DNA of 64,000 bases from Bordetella parapertussis. Lineage in GTDB: Bacteria; Pseudomonadota; Gammaproteobacteria; Burkholderiales; SG8-39. This document shows, one piece after another, positions 36,369 through 45,301 of this stretch. The DNA is taken from contig CAMAXP010000004.1 of the NCBI GenBank assembly GCA_945862265.1, forward strand, positions 36,118-100,117, written 5' to 3'. The notes beneath the pieces were generated by a model. The model worked only from the letters and a program-made list of their open reading frames with translations, did not search any database and had not been told where the DNA came from. The position numbers and the translations under genes were made by a program. Positions within the stretch are counted from its first letter, which is position 1, and every line of letters begins with the position of its first letter.

Positions 36369-37346
36369 TCAGTCGATCTTTGCGCCGGACAGGCGGACCG
36401 GTTCTGCGTAGCGGGCCTGCTCGGCCTGCATGAAGCGGCGCAATTCCTCGCCCGGGGCGTTCAGGATCACCATGCCCTGCTTCGTCAGTCGATCCACGGT
36501 GTCGGGTGCGGCGAGCGCCTGCGCAAAGGCAGCGTGCAGTTTCCTGGTCACGGCCTCCGGCGTCCCGGCGGGGGCTACACAGCCGTACCAGGAGTAAACG
36601 AGGAATGCAGGGAAACCCTGCTCGGCGAACGTAGGCACGTCGGGAAGCTGCGGCAGGCGCTTGTCATCAGCGACGGCCAGCGCGCGCAGCTTGCCGGACT
36701 GGATATGCGGGAGCACTTCGGGAAAGTTGGTCAGGAAGAGCTTCACCTGCCCGCCGAGGAGGTCCTGCAACGCCGGTGCGACGCCCTTGTAAGGCACGTG
36801 CGTCATGTCGATGCCGGCTTCCTTCTTGAACAGTTCGACGCCCAAGTGCGACGAGGTGCCATTGCCGAATGACGCGAAATTGATCGCGCCGGGTGCCGCC
36901 TTGGCGGCCGTAACCAGCTCCCTGACCGAGCGTGGCTCGAAGCTAGGGTGGGCCACCAGCATCTGGTTCACGCGGGCCAGCAGCGAAACCGGCGCGAAAT
37001 CCTTGAACGCGTCCCAAGGGGCCTTCTGCATCAGCATCGGGGTGAGCAGGAAGCCGTTGGCCATCAGCAGCAGGCTGTAGCCGTCCGCTGGTGACTTCTG
37101 CACGTTCTGAGTGCCGATGACCGTGGCTCCGCCGGGACGGGGATCGACCACCACGCTCTGCCCGAGGCTGTCGGACATCTTCGCCGCGAGCACTCGCGCC
37201 AGGTTGTCGAGCGATCCCCCCGCCGGGAACGGCACCACGATGCGGATTGGCTTCGATGGGAAATCGGTCTGCGCGGCCAGGGGGAGCGGAAGCGAAGCGG
37301 CGGCCAGGGCGCCGAGCAGTCGTCGGCGGGTCAGGTCTACGGGCAT
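36369..37346 (-). CDS. Bug/TctC-family substrate-binding protein
   Basis: MPVDLTRRRLLGALAAASLPLPLAAQTDFPSKPIRIVVPFPAGGS. Confidence 0.85.
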   Translation of the reverse strand: MPVDLTRRRLLGALAAASLPLPLAAQTDFPSKPIRIVVPFPAGGSLDNLARVLAAKMSDSLGQSVVVDPRPGGATVIGTQNVQKSPADGYSLLLMANGFLLTPMLMQKAPWDAFKDFAPVSLLARVNQMLVAHPSFEPRSVRELVTAAKAAPGAINFASFGNGTSSHLGVELFKKEAGIDMTHVPYKGVAPALQDLLGGQVKLFLTNFPEVLPHIQSGKLRALAVADDKRLPQLPDVPTFAEQGFPAFLVYSWYGCVAPAGTPEAVTRKLHAAFAQALAAPDTVDRLTKQGMVILNAPGEELRRFMQAEQARYAEPVRLSGAKID

Positions 37347-37373
37347 GGCAGTTCCTTCGAGAAGGGAGTTGAT

Positions 37374-38612
37374 CTACGCAGGGAGCAAGTCTCGTACCTG
37401 CACCACGTCGCGCAGCAACCGGTTGGACGGGACGATCGCCTTGCCTTTGCGCACGACCAAGCGCGGCACCAGCCGCGACTTGCCTGCCTGCGAGCCGCCG
37501 AGCCGATCCTGGAACGTCCAGGGTTCCTGCACCTGTTCGAGCACGCTGATGTCGGCCCGGGAGCCGGGCTTGAGCGAGCCGATCTCGTCGCTCATGCGCA
37601 GGACTTCGGCCGGGTGCTGCGTGGTGGCGCGCACTACGAACTCGAGGTCCATGCCCAGCGCCATCATCTTGGACATGGCGCCGCACAGGCTGAAGTCGAG
37701 CTTTGAATCGTCGTTGTGCGACGTGAAGTCGCCCTGCGCATCGGTGCTGATGGTGTAGGGAAAGAGCCCTGCGCCGACCATGCGGTGCGCGGTGTCGAAG
37801 CTGAAATTCACGCCGTGGCCGAGGTCGAGGTGCACGCCCGAGGCAAGCGCGTCGAGCAGTTCCGGCGAGGGCTTGTCGCGCCTGCCGAGGATGCCGTCCT
37901 CACGGTTCGAATAGCAGTGGGCAAGGATGTCGCCGGGCTTAGCGAAATGCAGCACCTCGGGCAGCACCGAGTCCGGCTGTGGGCGGTTGCGCTCGTCGGC
38001 TTTCCAGAGCTCCCCGGTGTGGATATAGAGCGGCAGATTGGTGCGATCCGCGATCTCGCGCGCCCGCTGCAGCATTACGCTGCCGTAGTTGGACCAGCTG
38101 CTCGCCTCGCCGTGCCCTTTGATGCCGCGGATGACCGCCGGGTACTTGGCGATGAATTTCTGCATCACGTCGAGGTCGATCAAGGTCGGGTTCTGTCCAA
38201 CCGGGCCGCCCTTGGAGCCGCGCAGCGTACCGGTCAGGTTCACCGACAGGAAGCACAGCACCTCGGTGACCGCGGTGTCGGCGAGGAACACCTTGAACCC
38301 GTCGAAAGTCCAGGCCCCTGCGCTGCCCTGGTCGACGACCGTGGTGACGCCCGCATTCACCCCGACATCGTCCGGATTGAGACCGAAGTCGGTGACGTGC
38401 TGGTAGACGTGGACGTGGAGGTCGATGAGGCCCGGCGTGACGATCAGGCCCTTGGCGTCGCGCACTTGCGCCGCCGCGGAGGCTGGGATGTCCGCAGCAA
38501 CCTTTGCGATGCGGTCACCGCTGATTGCGACATCCATCATCGCATCGAGGTTGCTTGCGGGGTCGAGGACCCGGCCGCCTTTCAGCAGCAAGTCATAGAG
38601 TGGCGCGGTCAT
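37374..38612 (-). CDS. amidohydrolase/deacetylase family metallohydrolase (dihydroorotase-like)
   Basis: Trimmed to MTAPLYDLLLKGGRVLDP...GLIDLHVHV (metal-binding HxH). Confidence 0.8.
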   Translation of the reverse strand: MTAPLYDLLLKGGRVLDPASNLDAMMDVAISGDRIAKVAADIPASAAAQVRDAKGLIVTPGLIDLHVHVYQHVTDFGLNPDDVGVNAGVTTVVDQGSAGAWTFDGFKVFLADTAVTEVLCFLSVNLTGTLRGSKGGPVGQNPTLIDLDVMQKFIAKYPAVIRGIKGHGEASSWSNYGSVMLQRAREIADRTNLPLYIHTGELWKADERNRPQPDSVLPEVLHFAKPGDILAHCYSNREDGILGRRDKPSPELLDALASGVHLDLGHGVNFSFDTAHRMVGAGLFPYTISTDAQGDFTSHNDDSKLDFSLCGAMSKMMALGMDLEFVVRATTQHPAEVLRMSDEIGSLKPGSRADISVLEQVQEPWTFQDRLGGSQAGKSRLVPRLVVRKGKAIVPSNRLLRDVVQVRDLLPA

Positions 38613-39475
38613 TTGCCTACCTTGAGGACGTGGTCGGCCACTTCGCTCCCCGTGGCGAACCACACGCCGGGATACGACTGGACGAACTTCAGGAAACTGC
38701 GCAGCAGCACCAGGCGCGAAGGCCGGCCGATGGCCTGCGGGTGCATGATCAGGTCGAACAGTGCCCCGCGCTGGTAGTACTCGTGGAATTCCTCTTTCCA
38801 GATCGTCAGGATGTGCTCGTTGGTCTGGATCGCGCGCTGCCCGCGCAGGCTGTAGACCGTGTACGGCACGTCGTCTAGAGACCAGTGCCAAGGGATCTCG
38901 ACCACGCCTGTGCTCTTTCCGCCCCGTTTGTGCACGTAGGGGTGGATGTCATCCATGAACGAGCTGTCATACGAGAACCCGTACTTCTGCAGAAGCGGGA
39001 TCAGGCGGTCCGTGGTTTCGCCCGCAGGGCACCGATAGCCCTTGGGTTTTAGCTTGAAGAGTTTGTGCAGGACTTCGAGCCCGAGTTCGATTTCACGCTC
39101 CTCTTCCGCCGGCTTGTCGGGTTCCGGCCAGAAATGCAGGTAGCCGTGGTGGCCGACCTCGTGGCCGGCCTCGATGATGTCGGCCACGCGCGCAGTGTGG
39201 TTCTCGGCCGTCCAGCCTGGGACGAAGAACGTCGCCGGAACGCCGTGGTCCTTGAGCACCCGCAGGATCTCCGGGATCGAGATCTTGGCTGCGTAGGTGC
39301 CGTGGGAGATCAGCGCGGGACGCCGGGCGTTGCTGGTGTCCCGCGACAGCCACATCGTCTCCGCATCGAAGTCGAAGGTCATCATCACTGCGCATTTCTT
39401 GCCATCCGGCCACTGCACCGGGACGGACTCGCGGGAGATGTCGGGGGAGAGGGGCAGGCGGTCGACGGGTTCCAT
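38609..39475 (-). CDS. polysaccharide deacetylase (NodB-homology) family protein
   Basis: NodB-like motifs MMTFDFD and HEVGHHGYLH. 288 aa. Confidence 0.8.
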   Translation of the reverse strand: MEPVDRLPLSPDISRESVPVQWPDGKKCAVMMTFDFDAETMWLSRDTSNARRPALISHGTYAAKISIPEILRVLKDHGVPATFFVPGWTAENHTARVADIIEAGHEVGHHGYLHFWPEPDKPAEEEREIELGLEVLHKLFKLKPKGYRCPAGETTDRLIPLLQKYGFSYDSSFMDDIHPYVHKRGGKSTGVVEIPWHWSLDDVPYTVYSLRGQRAIQTNEHILTIWKEEFHEYYQRGALFDLIMHPQAIGRPSRLVLLRSFLKFVQSYPGVWFATGSEVADHVLKVGK

Positions 39476-39499
39476 GATGCGGGCTATCTTACCTGCAGG

Positions 39500-41233
39500 T
39501 CAGCGGCTTACGGCGCGTGCGTTCGCAGTGGCGGCCACATCGACCACGCCTTGCTCATCGACCACCACGCCATAGTCGTCCAGCGCCGCCTTTACGTTGA
39601 CATAGCCGAGCCTCACGTCGCGCGCGACGCGCTCAGGCTCCCGCTCCTTCGCGAGGCCGAACCCGCCGCCGCCGGGCAACGCCATGCTGAGGCGGTCGCC
39701 GGGCCCGAGCGACTGCTGCGGGCCGTGCGGGATCTCGACGCCGTTCAGCATCAGGTGCTCGCCGCGGCCGTAGCCGCCGCCGAGGCGCCCGAACACGGGG
39801 TAGGGCGAGTCGGGTTTGCGGCCCGAGCCGCGGATGCCCACCACCATCGGGCCGTCCGGGCCCAGCTCGCCGTCGGCGACGATGAACTCGAACTCCTGCC
39901 CGAGACCGCCGCGGTTTCGGCCGGGGCCGCCCGAGTCCGGGGCGAGCTCCTTCTTCAGGTAGATGATCGGCAGGTCGTTCTCCGCCGTCTCGATGGGGAT
40001 GTTGCCGACGTTGTAGGGAAAGCCCCGCGCGGTTGGGCCGTCGGTGCGCATGTTGGCCCCCAGGCCGCCCATGCTCGAGGTGATCCCGACGTAGGTCTTG
40101 CCGTCCTTGCGCTTGGCGCGGAAGTACGTGAACACGAGCGGCGTCGCGCCGCTGCCCGCCATGATGCGGCCCGGCAGCGCCTTGGCCAGCGCACCGAACA
40201 CGATCTCGGGCAGGTTGTGGCACACCATCGTGCGGCCCCAGGTCGGCGCGGGCGGCTTGCAGTTGAGCAGCGACCCTTCGGGCGCCTTCACCGTCACCGG
40301 CCGGAAGCTGCCTTCGTTGTTCGGCACCGACGGGTCCAGCGCCAGCTTGATCGGGTACATGCTGTAGGAGCGCGTCATGTTGAACGTGGTGTTCACCGCC
40401 GCCGCCACCTCGCCGGAAGACCCCGCGTAGTCGATCACGATCGAGTCGCCTTTGACGATCACCGCCACCTTGATGCGGATGCCGGCCACGTTGCCGATGG
40501 TCGGCAGCGTCACGTCGTTCTCGTAGGTGCCGTCGGGCACCTCGGCGATCTTCGCGCGCAGGCTCTTCTCGGAGCGGGAGCTGATCTCCTTGGAGAGCGC
40601 CAGCAGCGACTTCGCGTCGAGCTTGTAGTCCTCCAGCATGCTGACGAGGCCGCGACCGCAGACGTTGTTGGCGACGATCTGCGCGCGCAGGTCGCCGAAC
40701 ATCTTGTCCGGCGCGCGCACGTTGGCGCTGATGACCTGGCGGATCGACTCGTCGAACTTGCCCGCCCGGTAGAGCTTCACCATCGGCAGGCGCAGGCCTT
40801 CCTCGAACATGTCCTTGGACTCGGTGGTGGCCATGCGGCCGCCGACGTCGAGGTGGTGGACGATGCAGATCGAGAACGCCACGAGCTTCTTCTTGTGGAA
40901 GATCGGGGAGGCCACGCACAGGTCGTAGGCATGCCCGGTGCCTTGCCAGGGGTCGTTGGTGAGCAGCGCGTCGCCGTCCCGGAGGTCCTTCAGCGGGAAG
41001 TGCTCGAGGAAGTTGCGCATCACGTAAGGCATCACGCCGATGAAGGCCGTGGTGGTCTTGGTCGAGTGCGCGAGGAGGTTGCCCTCGATGTCGAACAGGC
41101 CGCAGGCGAAGTCGTGGAAGTCGCGCACCACCGACGAGTACGAAGTGCGGATGAGGCCGGTGGCGGCTTCGTCCGCGACCGACAGCACGCGGTTCCAGAG
41201 GATCTGGGTGAGGACCGAATCGAGCTTCTTCAT
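39500..41233 (-). CDS. hyuB: hydantoinase B / oxoprolinase family protein
   Basis: Trimmed to MKKLDSVLTQILWNRVLSVADEAATGLIRTSYSSVVRDFHDFACGLFD. ATGA overlap with hyuA. Confidence 0.85.
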   Translation of the reverse strand: MKKLDSVLTQILWNRVLSVADEAATGLIRTSYSSVVRDFHDFACGLFDIEGNLLAHSTKTTTAFIGVMPYVMRNFLEHFPLKDLRDGDALLTNDPWQGTGHAYDLCVASPIFHKKKLVAFSICIVHHLDVGGRMATTESKDMFEEGLRLPMVKLYRAGKFDESIRQVISANVRAPDKMFGDLRAQIVANNVCGRGLVSMLEDYKLDAKSLLALSKEISSRSEKSLRAKIAEVPDGTYENDVTLPTIGNVAGIRIKVAVIVKGDSIVIDYAGSSGEVAAAVNTTFNMTRSYSMYPIKLALDPSVPNNEGSFRPVTVKAPEGSLLNCKPPAPTWGRTMVCHNLPEIVFGALAKALPGRIMAGSGATPLVFTYFRAKRKDGKTYVGITSSMGGLGANMRTDGPTARGFPYNVGNIPIETAENDLPIIYLKKELAPDSGGPGRNRGGLGQEFEFIVADGELGPDGPMVVGIRGSGRKPDSPYPVFGRLGGGYGRGEHLMLNGVEIPHGPQQSLGPGDRLSMALPGGGGFGLAKEREPERVARDVRLGYVNVKAALDDYGVVVDEQGVVDVAATANARAVSR

Positions 41234-43314
41234 TTGCGCGCCTCCTGTGAGGCGAGGGTCACGACGAGGCAGCCGAACTTGTCGACGGTGAGCTTGTCGC
41301 CGCGGTCGATCACGGTGGTGGACTCGCGCTCCTCGATGATGGCCGGGCCGCGCACGCTGCTGCCCGGGCCGAGGGCCTTGCGGTCGTAGACCGGGGCCTG
41401 CTCGTAGCCGCCGGCGCTCGGCACGTAAAGCCGGCGCTTGCCCTTGGGTTTCACCGTGGCGGTCTTCTTGCCGGGCTTCACGGCCGGGATCGCCGTGCTT
41501 TGCCAGGCCTTCACGCGCAGCGTGACGACTTCCAGCGGCGTGTCGTCGTCCACGCGGCCGTAGTGGACGGCGTACTCCTTGTCGAAGGCGGTCTCGATCT
41601 TTGCAAGCGCGCCCCGGGCCGTCCATGCGCCCTTGATCTCGATTTCCAGCGGGTAGTCCTGCCCCACGCGCCAGATGTCGGCCACGCGCATGAAGTTGAT
41701 CCGGCTGCCTGCGGGCAGCAGGGCCGCAGTCTCCTTCTCGAGTTCTTTCGACCACTGCTCCAGCTGCTTAAGGTCGACATTGCGCAGCAGCTGGCGCACT
41801 GCGCGCGGCCGCTCAATCGCCATGGGCGCGGTCAGCAGGCCGAAAGCGGACATCACGCCCGGCAGCGGCGGGATCACCACGCGCGGGCAGCCGAGTTTGC
41901 GGGCGAGGCCGATCGCGTGCACCGGGCCGGCGCCGCCAAACCCGACGAGCGTCAGGTTGCGCGCGGTCTGGCCTTTTTCCGCGATGTGCACCCGCGCCGC
42001 CGAGGCCATGGTTTCGTTGACGAGGTTGTGCACGCCCCAGGCCGCCTGCATCACGGAGGTCTTGAGCGGGTCGCCCAGCTTCGTCTTGATCGCGCTTTCC
42101 GCCGCGGCCCGGTGGAGCGTCATCTCGCCGCCGAGGAAGCTGGCCTCATCGAGGAAGCCGAGCGCGAGGTCGCAGTCCGTTACCGTGGGGTTGTCGCCGC
42201 CAAGGCCGTAGCACGCGGGTCCGGGGCTGGACCCCGAACTGTCCGGGCCGACCTGCAGCAGGCCGAGGCTGTTGACGCGCGCGATGCTGCCGCCGCCGGC
42301 GCCGATCTCGAGGAGATCGTAGACCGGCACCGCGATCGGGATGCCGCTGCCGGGCTTGAAGCGCTGCACGCGGTCGACTTCGAACGTGCGCGTGCGCGCC
42401 GCCTTGCCGTCGAGCACGACGCAGAGCTTGGCCGTGGTGCCGCCCATGTCGAAGGACAGGAGGCGCGGCGTGCCAATGAGCCGCCCGTAGTGCGCGGCGG
42501 CCTCGACTCCCGCGGCCGGGCCGGATTCCACCGCCTGCACCGGGAAGCGCTTGGTCGTCTCCGCAGTGGCGGTGCCGCCGTTGGAAAGCATCACGAAGAG
42601 GTTGTTCGGGTAGCCCTCCGCGCGCAGGTCGGAGGACAGCTTGTCGAGGTACTGCGCGGCCGTGGGCTTCACATACGCATCGACCACCGTGGTGGAAGTG
42701 CGCTCGTACTCCTTGGGTTCCGGGTGCACCTCGCTTGAGATGGAGAACTCCACGCCCGGCAGTTCCCTCGCGAGGATGTCGCGCGCGCGGCGCTCATGGT
42801 CCGGGTTGCGGTACGAGTGCAGGAAGCAGATCGCGACCGACTGCACCTTGGCTTTCTTGAAGACGGCTGCAGCGGCGCGCACGTCCGCCTCGCTCAGCGG
42901 CACGTGCACCTTGCCGTTGACCAGCACCCGCTCGCGCACGCCGATCCGCAGCGGCCGCTCGACCAGCGGCTCGGGGAACTCGATGAACGGGTCGTAAATG
43001 TCGTAGCGCATCTCGCGCGCGAACTCGAGCACGTCGCGAAAGCCCGCGGTGGTCACGAGCCCCGTCAGTGCGCCCTTGCGCTCCAGAACCACGTTGGTGA
43101 GCAGCGTGGTGGCGTGGATCACGGCCTCGGCGTTGGGGAGCGTATCCGCGCGCAGCGCGGTAAAGCGGCGCAGGCCCTCGAGGACCGCCAGTTCGGGCTG
43201 GCCCGGCGTGGTGAGGCATTTCTCGACGAACACGTCGCCCGTGCGGTCGTCCACCATCGTGAAATCGGTGAACGTGCCGCCGATGTCGACCCCGATCCGG
43301 TAGCTGCCTGCCAT
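41230..43314 (-). CDS. hyuA: hydantoinase A / oxoprolinase family protein
   Basis: MAGSYRIGVDIGGTFTDF... has the ASKHA-fold N-terminus. 694 aa. Confidence 0.9.
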   Translation of the reverse strand: MAGSYRIGVDIGGTFTDFTMVDDRTGDVFVEKCLTTPGQPELAVLEGLRRFTALRADTLPNAEAVIHATTLLTNVVLERKGALTGLVTTAGFRDVLEFAREMRYDIYDPFIEFPEPLVERPLRIGVRERVLVNGKVHVPLSEADVRAAAAVFKKAKVQSVAICFLHSYRNPDHERRARDILARELPGVEFSISSEVHPEPKEYERTSTTVVDAYVKPTAAQYLDKLSSDLRAEGYPNNLFVMLSNGGTATAETTKRFPVQAVESGPAAGVEAAAHYGRLIGTPRLLSFDMGGTTAKLCVVLDGKAARTRTFEVDRVQRFKPGSGIPIAVPVYDLLEIGAGGGSIARVNSLGLLQVGPDSSGSSPGPACYGLGGDNPTVTDCDLALGFLDEASFLGGEMTLHRAAAESAIKTKLGDPLKTSVMQAAWGVHNLVNETMASAARVHIAEKGQTARNLTLVGFGGAGPVHAIGLARKLGCPRVVIPPLPGVMSAFGLLTAPMAIERPRAVRQLLRNVDLKQLEQWSKELEKETAALLPAGSRINFMRVADIWRVGQDYPLEIEIKGAWTARGALAKIETAFDKEYAVHYGRVDDDTPLEVVTLRVKAWQSTAIPAVKPGKKTATVKPKGKRRLYVPSAGGYEQAPVYDRKALGPGSSVRGPAIIEERESTTVIDRGDKLTVDKFGCLVVTLASQEARK

Positions 43315-43336
43315 CTCGTATTCCTTGTCCGCGCCC

Positions 43337-44302
43337 TCAGCGCTTGTCGAGGTTCATCTTGGGCGCCGTCTGGCGGAACCATGCCTGCCGTTCGCGCCAG
43401 GTCTTCTGCACTTCTTCCCCCGGAAGGTTCACGAACAGCAGGTCGGCTTTCTTCGGGAACTCCTCGCGGAACAGGTCGCCGTACTTGGTGGCCGTCTTCT
43501 GGATGGCATCGTTCAGCTTGGCGCGAACGTCGTCGGGCAGTCCTTTGGGGGCGAGCACGGCCGAGATGAAATCGAGCGACACGGGAAAGCCCAGCTCCTT
43601 CAGCGTCGGCACGGTGGGCGTGTCCGGGCGCCGCTGCTCGCCGGCCACCGCCAGGATCCGGGCCGCCGGGTTGCGCGCGGCGCCGCCGGTGCCGGCCGTC
43701 ACGGCGAAGTCGACGTGACCGCCGAGCAAGGCGGAGACGGACTCGGGGCTCGACTTGTACGGGAGGTAGATCATCTTCACGCCGGAGAGGTCCCACAGCC
43801 GCTCGGCGGTGAAGTGGGTGATCACGCCGATGCCGTAGGACGCGTAGCTGAGCTTGCCGCCCGCCTTCTTCGCCGCCTCGATCGCCTCGGCCATGGTCTT
43901 GTGGGGCGAATCGGCGCGCGTCGTGAAGTAGATTGCACCGAGGCCGAAGCCGTTGAGGTAGGTGAAGCTGTCGAGGTCGTATTCGACGGTTTTCTGCACG
44001 AACGGCAGCGCCACCACCAGCGAGTCGAAGCCGCCCATCAAGGTGTAGCCGTCAGGCTTGGCACGCGCCACCTGGTTGGCGCCGATCACGCCGCCGGCAC
44101 CCGGCACGTTGATGACCACCACCGGCTGGCCGAGGAACTCCTGCCACTTGCCGGTCATCAGCCGGACGGCGGAGTCGGTTGTGCCGCCGGGAGCCGCGGG
44201 CAGGATCAGCTCGATCTGTTTGGTCGGGTAGCCTTGGGCGTGCGCGAGGGTGACGCAGGCGAGGGCGAGGAGTGCGGCTAGGGCTTGTACGGGGGCGGGC
44301 AT
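43337..44302 (-). CDS. Bug/TctC-family substrate-binding protein
   Basis: Signal peptide, then YPTKQIELILPAAPGGTTD. Confidence 0.85.
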   Translation of the reverse strand: MPAPVQALAALLALACVTLAHAQGYPTKQIELILPAAPGGTTDSAVRLMTGKWQEFLGQPVVVINVPGAGGVIGANQVARAKPDGYTLMGGFDSLVVALPFVQKTVEYDLDSFTYLNGFGLGAIYFTTRADSPHKTMAEAIEAAKKAGGKLSYASYGIGVITHFTAERLWDLSGVKMIYLPYKSSPESVSALLGGHVDFAVTAGTGGAARNPAARILAVAGEQRRPDTPTVPTLKELGFPVSLDFISAVLAPKGLPDDVRAKLNDAIQKTATKYGDLFREEFPKKADLLFVNLPGEEVQKTWRERQAWFRQTAPKMNLDKR

Positions 44303-44393
44303 GGCTTGCTCCGGCGGGTCAGGGGGTGCGGGCCATCTTACGGGCGGGGCTGCTGCGCCACAATAGGCGGCGCGAAACAGTGCCGGTGTCAGC

Positions 44394-44412
44394 GTAAATT
44401 CAATGGATTTAC
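44394..44412. promoter_or_regulatory. near-perfect 19-nt palindrome, candidate operator
   Basis: GTAAATTCAATGGATTTAC pairs at 8 of 9 arm positions. It is AT-rich and lies ~90 nt upstream of the Bug-hyuAB operon start, just downstream of the IclR gene terminator. Confidence 0.3.
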
Positions 44413-44414
44413 TT

Positions 44415-44445
44415 TAAAAAATCAAGAACCGGAGCCGCTCTCCGG
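44415..44445 (-). terminator. rho-independent terminator after the IclR gene
   Basis: Stem ccggag/ctccgg with a 5-nt loop, followed on the minus strand by TTCTTGATTTTTT. Confidence 0.6.
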
Positions 44446-44490
44446 TCAGTTGGTGTATCGGTACCGGTACAGTCTACCCGGCGATCCGGG

Positions 44491-45294
44491 TCAGGCGGCG
44501 CGCAGCTGCAGGCCGCGCTGCAATTGCGCCGCGGCATTCCGCAGCCTCGGCAGCATCGTCTCTAGTGCGATCTCCTTCGTCATGCGCAGCGAGTTGACGC
44601 TGATGTTCAGCGCCGCACAGGTACGACCTTCATGGTCGGCCACCGGCACCGACAGCCCGCAGATATGTTCTTCCAGTTCGCCCTGGATCCACGACCAGCC
44701 CTGCGCCCGGTCGGCGGCGATCACCTGCCGCAGCGCGGCCGGATCGATGAGCGTGCGGTCGGTGTATTTCCGGACACCGGCCTGGGCAAAGTAGTCGTCG
44801 AGTTCCGCCTCCGCCAGCCCGCCGAGCAGCACGCGGCCCATCGAGGTGACATAGGCTGGCAACCGAGTGCCGACGACTGAGCCGCCGCTGACCACGGCGC
44901 GCACGGAGTTGCGGATGACGTAGACGATCTCGGTGCCGTCCAGCACAGCCAGCGTGCAGGTCTCCTGCACGTCGCCGACCAGCTGCTCGAGGATGGGCTG
45001 GGCGTAGCCCCAGAACGGCGAGGACGAGGTGTAGGCGTAGCCCAGCCGCAGGATCTTGGGCGTGAGGAAGAAAAGCCTTTCCTTGTGCGCGACGAATCCG
45101 AGCTGCTCGAGCGTGAACAGCAGCCGGCGCGCGCCCGCGCGCGTGAGCCCGGCGCGCTGCGCGACCTGCGAGAGCGTCATCCGCTCGTGCCCTTCGCAGA
45201 ACGCCATGATCACCAGCAGCCCGCGCGCGAAAGCCTCGACGAACTGCCCGCCGGACTCGCGCGCGGTGATCGGGAACTCGGGGTGCGGGTTCAC
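44491..45294 (-). CDS. IclR family transcriptional regulator (PcaR-like)
   Basis: FARGLLVIMAFCEGHERMTLSQVAQRAGLTRAGARRLLFTLEQLGFV wHTH plus an effector domain. Confidence 0.85.
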   Translation of the reverse strand: MNPHPEFPITARESGGQFVEAFARGLLVIMAFCEGHERMTLSQVAQRAGLTRAGARRLLFTLEQLGFVAHKERLFFLTPKILRLGYAYTSSSPFWGYAQPILEQLVGDVQETCTLAVLDGTEIVYVIRNSVRAVVSGGSVVGTRLPAYVTSMGRVLLGGLAEAELDDYFAQAGVRKYTDRTLIDPAALRQVIAADRAQGWSWIQGELEEHICGLSVPVADHEGRTCAALNISVNSLRMTKEIALETMLPRLRNAAAQLQRGLQLRAA

Positions 45295-45301
45295 GGAGAG
45301 G

